The notes under the pieces: model-generated
The model's input: the letters and a program-made list of their open reading frames with translations, nothing else
What the model was told of the DNA's origin: nothing
Database searches by the model: none
Translations under genes and position numbers: made by a program
From: Sphaerodactylus townsendi
Lineage: Eukaryota
NCBI RefSeq assembly: GCF_021028975.2
Contig: NC_059428.1
Span: 45,322,001 to 45,386,000, forward strand
Length of the DNA stretch: 64,000 nt
Direction: 5' to 3'
Shown: in pieces, positions 38,493 through 49,850 of the stretch
Layout of the letters: every line of letters begins with the position of its first letter
Numbering within the stretch: position 1 is the first letter of the stretch

Positions 38493-38839
38493 TGGTTCTG
38501 GTGGGTTTTCTGGGCTGTGTGGCTGTGGTCTGGTGGATTTTGTTCCTAACATTTCGCCTGCATCTGTGGCTGGCATCTTCAGAGGGAAAGTTTAGTGTGG
38601 TATATTGTCCAGGTCCCAGGGTGGGGAACCAATTATGGGACATGGACAATATACCACTCTAAACTTTCCCTTCTCACTTAGACACAGTGTGAAACAGACT
38701 TTTCTCTGTGATACACCTCTGAATATGCCAGCCACAGACGCAGGCGAAACGTTAGGAACAAAATCCACCAGACCACGGCCACACAGCCTGGAAAACCCAC
38801 CAGAACCAGTTGAATCCGGCCATGAAAGCCTTCGACAAT
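38493..38839. mobile_element. Penelope fold-back cassette with hammerhead motifs on both strands
   Basis: 38493-38585 is complementary to about 38716-38808, and 38584-38618 to 38636-38670. Motifs at 38545-38585 (-) and 38716-38756 (+). Confidence 0.9.
38545..38585 (-). ncRNA. Minimal type I hammerhead ribozyme motif with intact catalytic core
   Basis: Minus strand reads CCU-CUGAAGA-U-GCCAGCCACAGAUGCAGGC-GAAA-UGUU-AGG. Stem I is CCU/AGG, stem II is GCC/GGC, and stem III is loopless and quasi-palindromic (dimer type). Activity is untested. Confidence 0.65.
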
Positions 38840-39100
38840 TCACTAACATTTGTCCGACTTTGGGATTGAAGAGTTCTAATTATTTTTTTTTCATCATTGC
38901 AAAAATGTATGTGAAGGCATAAGGAATATGAGAAGCTCGGGAATAATGAACATATGAGCTTCCACAAAGCAAAGGAACTAAGCCTTGCCATATTAAGAAT
39001 ATGTTCTGAAGGAAAAATGAGGGCAAAAAACACCCCCTACCCACAGTGTACTGACAAGCAAAAAGCAACAGTCGCTGTTAACTATTCTTTACACTTTAAT

Positions 39101-39262
39101 GTATTGTCGAAGGCTTTCACGGCCGGATTCAACTGGTTGTGGTGGGTTTTCCGTGCTATGTGGCCGTGGTCTGGTGGATCTTGTTCCTAACACTTCGCCT
39201 GCATCTGTGGCTGGCATCTTCAGAGGTGTATCACAGAGAAAAGTCTGTTTCACAATCTGTCT
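39101..39262 (-). mobile_element. Penelope solo pLTR with hammerhead motif at 39186-39226 (-)
   Basis: Reverse complement of the pLTR seen at 38690-38839. The core GAAA is changed to GAAG. Confidence 0.85.
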
Positions 39263-39591
39263 AGTGATTCTTTACACTTGTTTGAATTCTGTGACTAATT
39301 AAATTGGGTTGCACATTGAACTCTTGTATTCTGGATTTCTGTCCTACTTAGTTTGGAGGATTCTAAACAGATACTTTCCTGCTTTTATACAAACCATTTA
39401 TTAATCAGCGACAAACAGGAACTTACCTAGAATACTCATCAGTCTGGTAATATTTAAGCCCAGCCTACAAGAAATACAGCCAGCTACCCAATTTGAAAGT
39501 ATCTGAGTTCACCAGATTTTGTAATAAGATGAGCCATTAACTTCTCTTGTAAGGACTTCAGCAGTAAAATGTGAATTGCCATGATGCTCAC

Positions 39592-39664
39592 CATATAAGG
39601 GTTCATTCGTCAGCTCATGAAAAGAAGATTCTTCATGAATATTCTTTGATTCTGTTCTTCCAAT
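39592..39664 (-). CDS. HJURP: HJURP internal exon (IGRTESKNIHEESSFHELTNEPLY)
   Basis: Acceptor cttAG and donor ATG|GTGAGC. Ends in phase 1, which joins the large exon in frame. Confidence 0.65.
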
Positions 39665-40383
39665 CTAAGACAGAAATCACCAAAGGAAACAGTGGATTAT
39701 TTGCAGAAAAAACATGATACATCTGCCCAAGAAATTAGAATGCTTTAATCTGAAATACATTTAACGTATTTTACTGTGGGATATTTGCCAAACCAGTACA
39801 TTTGTCAAACATCACACTTCTAGAACTCATTTAAAAATGGGGCTGGAGGATGCATAAATGAATGCAGCCTTAGCCAGTCCAGAAGTGAAATAATTTCTTA
39901 TGAGCACAGCAGCAAAATGCAGTGATCAATCTGAACTATCTGATCAACTGGTACTGACTACTGTGATCACTGGCTTCTACTTTGTTTGAAAGAATGTATA
40001 TATATACACATCTTTAAAGGAAATACCTAAGGGGTGCCTTCTTCACTGTTATTATCACTTGTATTTTTAGGCTTTTAATTACCACTGCTATTTGTGTATG
40101 TTTGTTTGTTTTATACAGTCATTGACAGGCTTACTAATAAAATAATAGCTCTCCAAAGCTCTAAATAAAAATCTGTTCTGTATAAAAATAATCCATTAAA
40201 AAAACTGACATAAGAAAAAAAAAAGTCTAAAGCAAAGTCTAAAAAACTATTACTCCATTTGGCATTTTAGTTTGGCTACTGGATGACGCTCTTTACACAT
40301 ATATGCACGAAATTTCGCAATTTGCAGACACCTGGAACTCTAGACCAGTGCAGAGAAGAGATTTACTATAACATTTGTATTAC

Positions 40384-40470
40384 CATAGGTGATTCTGACA
40401 CAGTATAGGCGTCATCATTCACTAGCAAGTCCATTTCTGCTCCAGAACAGCATTCAGGATGAATATTCTT
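40384..40470 (-). CDS. HJURP: HJURP internal exon (KNIHPECCSGAEMDLLVNDDAYTVSESPM)
   Basis: Polypyrimidine tract plus AG, donor ATG|GTAATA, phase 0 to 0. Confidence 0.65.
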
Positions 40471-41011
40471 CTTTTGCAAAAGGAAAAAAAAAAGATCAAA
40501 AGTCAATAAAATTTGGCTGCTTAGGATAGAGAAATATATTTGAAGAGGTAATAAAGAATAGGTATTATGAAAAAGAAATTTAAAGTTACGTTCAAGATAA
40601 TTGTATATATTCCTGTATCTGCCAATAATCAACCTTACATTCCAGAAAAATACATTGCTACCACAGCAAACAGGACACATTTACACTTTTAACCACTAGT
40701 GAATGCGTTCAGAACATTTCCAGGGCAATCCTAAACAACGTTACATCCTTCAAAGTTTGTTAAAATCAACGTGGTTACAAGGATGCAGATCTGTTTATGA
40801 TCGTACTGTTCAACTATTAGTTTCATTGTTTACTTCATTTATACCCTGCCTTTATCACCAGTGGGGACCTAATTCTCAGGATAACGATGAAAGGTAATTT
40901 AGGCTGAGAGTGCATCACTGGTCCACTAAGGAAGCTTCCAAGGCATAATGGAGATTCTAAACTGGTTTTTGCAGATGCTAGACCAACACTAGAACCTCTA
41001 TGCAACACCAA

Positions 41012-41141
41012 GGCCCCTTCCACACATGCAGAATATTGCACTTTCAATCCACTTTCACAACTGTTTGCAAGTGGATTTTGCTATTCTGCACAGCTGCAAA
41101 GTGCATTTAAAATGCATTATTCTGCATGTGCGGAAGGGGCC
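41012..41141. mobile_element. Short Harbinger-like MITE (sister copy at 55948-56085)
   Basis: TIRs GGCCCCTTCC.CACATGCAGAATA; flanks caa/taa. Confidence 0.8.
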
Positions 41142-41343
41142 TAACTCTCACACGAGGCAAGACAACATCTTTGGTGAAGTATTGGTGAAACCAACAGAAT
41201 TGAATTTTATCTTATTAATAAATTACATTTCATGTAACGCTTCGGTTAATTCCATGGGCTCGGTGCTTAGTTTTTTCTTTATACAAAAATATTCAGAATT
41301 CAGTATATTCTAGGTTAAATATCTATTCATGTTGAAATGTTAC

Positions 41344-41405
41344 CTTGAGGTGCATATTTTCCAAATATCTTTTAATGGATAACATCTCAGAATTGTTCTT
41401 GTAAT
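41344..41405 (-). CDS. HJURP: HJURP internal exon (DYKNNSEMLSIKRYLENMHLK)
   Basis: AG acceptor and donor AAG|GTAACA. Phase 1 to 0 is consistent with its neighbours. Confidence 0.7.
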
Positions 41406-42532
41406 CTACAGTTCAAAATTAAAGAAAAAATTTTTACTCTTCATAATTAATACTGATAGGCTTGAATCCTTTACACAAAACATGCTTTACACAAAACATG
41501 GGAATATATTTTGGGAATATAGCCCCCGGCAAAGATTTCAGGAAGTGCAGCATTTATGTAGCATTATATTTTTCCAAAGACAAATGACATTTCTGTCTGA
41601 GTGGGTTTATTTTACTAATCCAGGAATTCCTAATTAGCTAAGACTTCAGGTAGTTTTGGATTGTTTGAAGAGATAGCCAGTCTAATAACTGTCAACAGAT
41701 GGTGAGTTCAATCATAAAATGCACCAAGACACATATCCTCCTATAAAAGAAGCATCTGCTTCAAATGAGCACTCCCTGATGACCAAGTTAATGCTTCATA
41801 GGCATTTCTAAGGAATCTCTTGCACCAAAGAGGTGGAAGAAAGTCTTGTTTATGGTTGTCAGCAGCTCCCAGCTGTGACATCCCTGCCCAGGATGAGCTC
41901 AGAAACTGGCAGAATGGCAAGTGCTATGGAGTGATCAATAAACTGATTTTTTCTGTTCCAAAGTAAACCTTTGCATTTTTTACTAAGACTGAAGTAACAA
42001 GAGGACCCCAAGAACACATCTGCAGATACCATGCCCCCTCCCCCCAAAGATACACTGGGGATCACTGTACTAATCTCTGCACTTTAATAACTAGACAGTG
42101 TTTTTAATGACTCCAACAGATAACTGTATCCAAAATGTGAAGTGCCGGAATCAAAGTTGTTTTTTCTATCCTCCCTTCAGTGTAGGGCAAAGGGTACTCA
42201 AAATAAGGGGAGATGGGATGGTATAAACGCACCATATGCTGAAAGATAACTGCACAAAAGTTTCCAAAAAAAGATAGATGCAACAAGGCAGTCATGTATA
42301 TTCTTCATGGGAGGGGGCTGTCACTTGGAAGTGACCAGGCACTCTCCCATAAATTAATAAATCACTTTCTATCACTTCTCTAGTTCTACTATAATAATTT
42401 CTGTTTGATTTAAAACTATTCAGCAGCTGTTCATTTTCAAGAAAAGGAGGAGCTGGCAGGCACAGACATCGTTCAGGCATCATCCTTAACCAAGGCAGAT
42501 CAGATTCTTCTCATCTTCTAAACATTCCTTAC

Positions 42533-42633
42533 CTGTACCAGATGGACTCTCTTCATATGAATTCATTGACTCTTTTCTCTCAGGTGACTTAAATGTCCAG
42601 AGAGGGGAGAAATTAGAACAAGAACCATTACTG
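42533..42633 (-). CDS. HJURP: HJURP internal exon, tentative (SNGSCSNFSPLWTFKSPERKESMNSYEESPSGT)
   Basis: NAGNAG acceptor, donor CAG|GTAAGG, open frame ending in phase 1. It needs an unresolved phase-2 upstream exon (candidate 42786-42704 has a weak donor and a 70-nt intron). Confidence 0.55.
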
Positions 42634-43080
42634 CTGGAATAAAATTTAAGAACATCACATAACTTGATAATTTTTCACATCATGTGGGTAGACATCTGAA
42701 GACCTCCTGGATAATGTATGCATCTCCAAAATACTGGTTATCACCATATCCACTGGTATTTTGATCTTATTGCACAAATTCCTAGCCTGCCACAAATATG
42801 TATGTTCTTTATGAGAAAAATGTTTAATAGTTCAGGAAAAATTACTATTGAATCAACGTAGTTTATTTTGCTAACTGTGGCTATTTACACAGAAACCTGA
42901 ACTTAACAAACAACAAAAGAAACGAAAATTGGTTCTTCAACTATGACAGTATTTTAGACCTACTGCATTCAACCAACATTTCTAGGTTTACTGAAATCAG
43001 TTCAATTATGAGAAAACACTCCTGTCTGATAACTGTAAACATATAAATGCAATAATTAGAAAACAAACATTTGTGGACAC

Positions 43081-43136
43081 CTCATGCGTGCTATTCATGC
43101 TTTCTTCTTCAGACTCTTCACCCCAAGTTTTTGGAC
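43081..43136 (-). CDS. HJURP: HJURP exon 3 (GPKTWGEESEEESMNSTHE)
   Basis: 56 nt, in phase. GxxxWG completes the Scm3 domain (human GLRIWG). Confidence 0.9.
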
Positions 43137-43616
43137 CTAGAATAAAAGAAGAATCATTATGAAAAATGCATAGAAGTCTCCCAGAAGAAATATTTTAATT
43201 AAACATACTGATTTTAGCCTATCCATATGCAATCCCAACTGGAATTTATGGGAGAAAAATAAAATGTAAGCAGGATTGTAGTCTCAAATTATAGAAACAT
43301 TCATTTATTGGGGGGGGGGGATGTAAAATGTGAAGGGATACACTTGGAAATATTACTACAGTGAGAGCTAAACTAAAGCCTTTCCCCAGTTGTTAAGAAT
43401 AAACTTCGGTCCTATCTACATAGCCTCATTCAGAGTTCTACATCTTGGCCAAACTAGTGCATGACAGAACCTAGAGAATTGGCTTTTAGATAGACAGAGA
43501 ATCCCAGAATAGTGTGCACTTTTCTTTCTGATTGGAAATACTAGTAACATGGTCCTCTTCACAACTACACAAAAAAGTATAGATGACAACTGTCCTTCTA
43601 CATAGACAATAACATA

Positions 43617-44153
43617 GGCCGTATCTGCATCGGCTTCCTTTACTTCTATCGGCCTCAAGCGCCAAAAAGTGCTTCCAGGTCATTGCTCGAGACCAGGCGC
43701 TGCTGCAACACAGCAGCGGGCGCATCTGATCGCTTCCTTCCCCAGGGCGGCGCCGCGCCGCTTCTAAACAAATAAACCCTTTAAAGGGTTGTTGTTGAGG
43801 ATCAGCTCTTCCCGCGGCGCTGCGCGGAACCGCTACAGCCATTGAAGATGCTTTTCCTCATCTTCTACTGGCGTCCTCCTCAAACGTCGCTATAGTGTCA
43901 GAGTTCTCGACACTGTCCTCCCACCTCCAGGGTCGGAGGGCAGCTGGCATGCCGAATAAGCGACGCCCACAGGCGACGCAGGGGACGCTGCAGAAATGGG
44001 CGGAGGGGAGCGAGAGAGGCGGCTCCGCGGCGGAGTCAGCCTCTGCCGGGTTTCCCGTCAGTTCTCCGTTCGCTTCCTCGACGCTATGCGGTAGTGAGCT
44101 TCTTCACGCTCTTAAGAACTCCTGCCGGCGCATGAGGGGCCGCAGAAACCGCC
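43617..44153. mobile_element. Harbinger/PIF-like MITE of the same family as 53207, opposite orientation
   Basis: TIR GGCCGTATCTGCA, shared ccctttaaaggg palindrome and shared internal blocks. Confidence 0.8.
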
Positions 44154-44606
44154 GTTATAGAGAATGGACACATAAGCTCTTTCACTTTGTGCTGATGAAG
44201 AGTTTTCCCTCTCAGCTTCAGAACAAGAACTGTGTCCCCAGAACTTAGTTTTCTGTTCTTGGAGGAACTGGGTTGGATTCTAGGGTCTTAATGCTTTGCT
44301 AAATCTTAAGGCTAGTAATTTTCACTCCAGCTTTATATCATTTACAAGCAAGGCACATTCACAGCTTCAAAACCATGGGCAGTTTGGTGCTTTGTCAGAT
44401 ATAGATTATTACATTTGTCCATGTAGGGAGAGAAGGGCAATAGTTTTTCTATTAGTGGAAAGACTGCACCTTGTAAACCAAGTTGTGAAAAAGGCTATTA
44501 GCCTAAAGTTTAGCACTGACAGAAAATCATAAAGCTAAGGCTAACCTTCCATACATACATAATTAGTGAAACTTGACCAAAATTATAACAGATTGTGAAA
44601 GTTCCA

Positions 44607-45085
44607 TTTATTTATTTATACATTTATTTATTTATTGTATTTGTATACCACCCTCCCCGAAGGCTCAGGGCGGTTTCCAACAAAATAAAAAGTTAAAACA
44701 TCATATATATAAGTTAATTAAAATACATAAAATATTAGACTAGAGATGGCTTCAGCTATTCTATTCCCCCTTTCATGAACCCACGGGAGGCCAGATGTTT
44801 GCTTTTTGTTGCAGTTGATATCATCCCTCGGGTTATTAAAACGCCTGGCTGAACAGGTCCAGCTTTTACAGGCCCTCCATGGAAACTTTGTAACTCTGTA
44901 GGGCCCCTGATCCCCACCTGAAGCCTGTTCATTGGCTCAGGTAGGCCAGAGTCAGTAAAGCTCCTGGCCCCCTTGTAGAGGCCAGCCGGATCGCCTTGGG
45001 GCTAGGGATCACCAGTAGGTCCGCCTCTGATGAACGGAATGGCCTAAAAGGGCGATATAGGGAGAGACGGTCCCTTAGATATGTA
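44607..45085 (-). mobile_element. L2 LINE 3' end
   Basis: Reverse complement of the same L2 tail and ORF2 end as at 7090. Confidence 0.8.
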
Positions 45086-45210
45086 TAGGCCAAGGTCAGC
45101 TAACAATGTATTTTAGAAAGGTCACAGAAAGTATTCACATACATTTCTATAGTTTATAGAGTATATTAAAAAACCAAATTAATTGAAAATGCTACTAATA
45201 AAAATCTTAC

Positions 45211-45277
45211 CATCAGGTGTATCATACATCAGTGACTTGATAGAGATAAGTTTATCGTCTTCAAAAGGAAAGTTATA
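45211..45277 (-). CDS. HJURP: HJURP exon 2 (YNFPFEDDKLISIKSLMYDTPDG), Scm3 domain
   Basis: 67 nt with canonical AG/GT sites. Parallels human YNQPFEDTPVVQMATLTYETPQG. Confidence 0.95.
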
Positions 45278-45469
45278 CTAGATTAAAAGATAGGGATTCT
45301 GTTTTAAAATTAGATCACTATAAAACATCTAAGAAGAGAAAGCTTTATATAACATGCACACTAGACAGAAACCACAACTTCAGTGAAGATTATAGTCCTG
45401 ATGGTTTTTTCAAACCAAAGGCATCTTTCAAAATCTACCTAGAATGGTGTTAGTTTGTACCGCAGACAG

Positions 45470-45952
45470 GCAACAATTGGAATGTTCAATCTGGAGAAGA
45501 GATTTGGGTGGGTGGAGGGGATGATTGCTCTCTTTAAGTACTTGAAAGAGGAGGGCAGGGAGCTGCTGCAGCAGAACATGGATATAAAATGGGTGTAATT
45601 AGAGGCTGAAAGGTTCCAGTTAAACATTAGGGTTTTTTATAGTAAGAATAGCTCAGCAGTGGAATCAGTTACCTAGGGAAGTGGTGAGCTCCTCCTCATT
45701 GGCAGTCTTCAAGCAGTGGCTGGATGAACACTTATCAGGATTGCTTTAGTCGCTGAGGAGGTTGGACTAGATGCCCTTTATGGACCCTTCCAACTCTATG
45801 GCTGATTCCACATGGGCCAAAAATAGCAGCGTGAAAACAGTGTGAACATGGTGTAAAAGGGTTTAAGACGGTGTACAAGGGTTTATACTGTTTTCACACC
45901 GTTTTCACGCCGCTGTTTTCGGTCCATGTGGAATCAACCTATGATTCTATAA
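45470..45952 (+). mobile_element. CR1 3' end fragment with a MITE inserted in its tail
   Basis: Typical CR1 3' UTR ending ggacccttccaactctatg...attcta. Confidence 0.75.
45800..45939. mobile_element. Short palindromic MITE (sister copies at 53763-53860 and, partially, near 56515-56569)
   Basis: TIRs GGCTGATTCCACATGG / CCATGTGGAATCAACC with TSD tat. The 53763 copy has TSD tta. Confidence 0.8.
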
Positions 45953-46513
45953 TACTAGACAAAACTACAAGTCAAGTCAGAGGTCCACGATCGGCCCTCC
46001 AGATGATTCCTCCCCTATGACACCCCTACACCCAAAATAGCTGTTCGACAAGACAAAACAAAACGCATTAGGTCCAGCTCCTTCGACCCCTAGTGTTTGC
46101 GAAGAGGGGGGAAAAAACCCTACTGCGAGACAGTAAAACACAATTAGCAAACTGAAGAAAGGATGATCGTCATAGAATAAGTTGTTTGGAAAGCTTGATT
46201 TGCAGTGTTACCATTTTTAGTGTGTGTCTTTAGTAAGAGTACCCCAGACGTCCAAAGACATCAGAGCCGGAGGGGCCTTGGACATGTAATAGAGCCCTTT
46301 CCTGTTCGCACCTCCCCAAAATATGCAAAAACCCAGCCCATCCCTCGACCCCCCCCCCCCCCCGCACGCCCCACAGGAGTCCTAGGAGGACGGCCGCTCT
46401 CCCCTGTTGCATCAAGGCCTTTCTCCAGTGCGCCTGCCGTTCGTCCCTTCGCCCGTCGTACTCGCCCATTCAGCCTGGGAGGGCATTCTCGCTCCGACCG
46501 CCCCGATCCTCAC

Positions 46514-46714
46514 CTTCTCCACGATGCTGGACATGGACAAGGCGAAGCGACGGCGGCTTCTATCCAGGAGCCTGTCCAAGTAACTCGAGCCGCCTCCAGA
46601 GTCGCGGCGTTTGCAGCGGCGTCGCTCGTCTCGCTCCTCTTTCCGGCGCGAGGGTCGATGGCGCCTGTCCCGTTCCTCCTTGCCCCATATTCCACCGCCG
46701 TCTCGCATCGCCAT
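46514..46714 (-). CDS. HJURP: HJURP coding exon 1: start of the Scm3/CENP-A-binding domain
   Basis: LDRLLDRSRRRFALSMSSIVEK parallels human LLQKLRASRRRFQRRMQRLIEK. Donor AAG|GTGAGG. ATG 46714 chosen; an in-frame ATG at 46774 is an alternative. Confidence 0.88.
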
Positions 46715-46778
46715 CGAGGAAGGGCCTCGGTTCCCTCCATCCACGGAGGACCGGACAGGAAGAAACGCTGACATTCGA

Positions 46779-47052
46779 TTCAAATTTAGCGCCGACCCAA
46801 TCGAACAAGGCGGTATCCCGTTTCTATATTCCGATAGGTGGCTGCCTACGTCGCTTTATGCAAAGCATCCAATTAGAGCATTAATTGTGAAAATTCTCTT
46901 TGGGCGTGATTTCAGATTAACGTTCTGGGTCCCAGCCTCTCTAGTTCCTCCTAAACGGAGAGTCTCCGGGAGAGGGTCATTCCAATAAAAAGAGACAAGT
47001 GACGAAGTGGAATCGGACTCCAGCGACTCCGCTCTGATCATTCTTGGATTGG
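46779..47052 (-). promoter_or_regulatory. HJURP G2/M-type promoter: CDE/CHR plus several CCAAT boxes in a CpG island
   Basis: Minus strand reads GGCGC-TAAA-TTTGAA (46793-46779). CCAAT at 46797, 46869 and 46982, CCGAT at 46831, ATTGG at 47048. CpG-rich from about 46300 to 47150. Confidence 0.85.
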
Positions 47053-49414
47053 ATATCGCTATAGAAGAATTCTCGTGAGCTTACTGCAATGACTCCTGCG
47101 AGAGGAGCGAACGTATTGAGTGAACAGGGCTCACGTTCATTTTCAGCGGTCTGCTGATGGAGATTAGTTTTGGTGGAATAAGGAGGAAAGGGAACTTTCT
47201 TCGAACAGAGGGGTTTTAGTTAGAAAAATAAGAAGATAGGAGAGTTTATTTCGGAAGGTTCCTTAATATTGCCAGCGTTGGGGTAGTAATACTTTTCCAT
47301 TATACATAATACAGTAAATTGTACCCTGATTGCAGGTTGGACTTTTTGCTTTCCTTTTTGTTCCCCTGACAAAATTGTTTATCTTAAACGGAGGGTTCTA
47401 CATTGCTAGGTGTACTTAGTTGCCTGCAGCACTATTTTCGTATTTGGATAGAATTGATCTCTTGCCACTGAAAAAATTCTCTAGGATCTCTACAACATAA
47501 TGAAATAATACAAAGTGTACCAAAACCCTACCAAAACTCTGAAATCGACACACTATGTGCGTAACGATTTTAATAACCTAACCTAATTAAAGAATCTTTC
47601 TATGAGCATCTTTGGGTGAATACCTACTCTCTGATTAACCTTAATAATATAAATACATGGGGCAGGAGATTTTGTCCCAGAAAAAGAAATTCTTGTGTAG
47701 GTGGTATTGTAGAATTCCCCCCTGTTGTGGTTTTGATTGATGGCATATGCGGCCAAAAGAAAAAAATACACAAGATTTTTTTTAAAAGTGAATGCAGAAT
47801 ATGCCAATTAACACATGCTATTCAGCCTCTAAAAGTAATGCTGCTGCTGAAATATACTTCCAAAGTTTTTCCTAACCAGGAAGCCAGAGGGGCCCCGAAA
47901 GCTGGATTTCAAAGACTCATGGGAGGAATATGGATTTAGGAACACATTTTCAATCTTCTTGGGCTTCACAATGTACCGTGATGTGTGATTGATTTTGCTG
48001 TTAAGGCTCTGGCTGATTACCTAGGGTTTGCTAAGCAAGTGTTCTTTGCATTTTTTATCATTTTATCTGCGCAGAGGCTGTAAAATGTGAATACTTTTCT
48101 GTAGCCTTTCTCCCATGAAAACAAACTTTAAGCTTAAAAGTCACATAATACATATTCAAAATAAATAAAATTAAAATGAACAATAAGTTGTAAGCACATA
48201 AAAACAGCATAATTTCCCATCAACACAATAACAGTACTTCTCAGGTTAAAAAAACACACAGTCCACCAAAAGAGATTACTCTCCTGTCAAACAAAACCCC
48301 TTTTACGCCTTTGTATGACTGAAAACATCTAAGGCACTTTCTGTACCGCCTCTGGCAAGCCATTGCAAAGGACTGGACCTTCCACTGAAAATCCTGTGAC
48401 TTGCTATTCTGGAACAAGTAGGTATTGACGAAATTTCTGTGGATCACACTGTTGTTTTTATTCTCTCAGTTCCTAAAGATTATAACTTGTTCATAATGTC
48501 TTTTCCCTGAGAGAGAATAAGATATTGGTGTGGTGCTGGCATAAGCCACAGACCTAATATGGCTAGATTTAGCACTGAACTATTGATGATTTGTGTTCTT
48601 TTGCATTTTATGTGATGTTGTGATGTTAACTTTGGCCACATACTGATATCCTGAATGTGACTTTTCTGATTGAAGTGGTCAATTATAATTTGATTCTGTT
48701 TATGCCTTTCTGAAGCAATAGATGCTATTAAACAAATACGAAGAATATTGGATTAGATTTGTGCAGAAGGGACACAGTTTTGAAAAGGGAAAATGTCCAT
48801 TCATTGGAGACGTTGGCTGACATAAGGCTAGTCTTTTAAGTCAACATATTTTTCTGTCCAATTTGAACTCCATCCCCTTTTCTCAAATTTGTTTGATTAT
48901 AAAAATTAACATACAATTTTTAACTAATGTCCTCAGTGATCAACGAATCACATAAAGATGAATACGTTTATTTTCAATTAACTGTGCATATAACAAATTA
49001 TTGTTCAGTGGAATAAACATTTGGTATGTGGCAATGACTTCATTCTCATCTATGTGCTTTTCAGGTACACTGAGTGACCTATAGAAGTATAAAAATATAA
49101 AAGGTCACACATTGACAGCTACAAAGGAAGATACAGTATACACTGAGTTAAGGATACTCAGAGAAAATATGTATGGCTTTCCGTCCTTATAATAAACTCT
49201 TCCTTATACATCTGGAATTTGCAATCTGTAAGACAAGCACGTGGATAAGGGTGATCCAGTAAACCATTTTTATTCTGCCCTTCCATCCTGCAAAGTGCTC
49301 TGAATAGTGCATTTTATTATCACTGCAGACCTGTGGTTAGGCTTAAATAGAATAACTGGTCCAAGGTCTCCCAGCAAGCTCAATGGCAGGTTGAAGATTT
49401 GAACTTGGGTTCTC

Positions 49415-49850
49415 ATGGATTAAAAACTGGTTAAACATCAGAAAGCAGAGGAGAAAGTGGACAGTTATTTAAATGGAGTGGCAAAAAAGTATAATATAGC
49501 TAAGTGCAAGGTAATGAATACTGGAGCAAAATATAATTTTAAATATGTGCTGGTGGAGTCTAAATTGGCAGTTACTGAGAGGGAGACAGACTTTGGGTGT
49601 TTAATGGAGAGCTTGGTAAAAGAAAAGATTCTTACTTGGTGTGCAGCATTGGTGAATAGGACAAACCCTATAGCAGGGATTATTAGAAAATGCATTGAAA
49701 ATAAACAGCCAGTATTGTGATGCTTGTTTTTTTATAGATCTGCAGTGAGACCTCATTTGAAAAAGTTTCTTTAGATCTGGGAAAAATATGGAAGAAGTCA
49801 GCCAAGATGATTAAGGGGTTAGAGCTCCTTTCATTCAAGAAAGCCTGAAG
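49415..49850 (+). mobile_element. Old CR1 fragment
   Basis: Peptides NIAKCKVM, ERETDFG and WCAALVNRTN.IAGIIRK resemble CR1 ORF2. Confidence 0.65.

Noticed and set aside
39427-39591. Extension of the HJURP exon to the GTAAGT donor at 39426
   Set aside because: It contains an in-frame TGA. The earlier GTGAGC donor keeps frame with the large exon. It could still be a minor NMD isoform.
46205-46988. Plus-strand ORFs (188 aa and 125 aa) over the HJURP first exon
   Set aside because: Low-complexity products expected from a GC-rich CpG island, with no recognisable domain.
49067-49170. Possible plus-strand exon encoding an ITIM-like TVYTEL
   Set aside because: There is an in-frame stop just upstream, I found no partner exons, and the motif is short enough to occur by chance.
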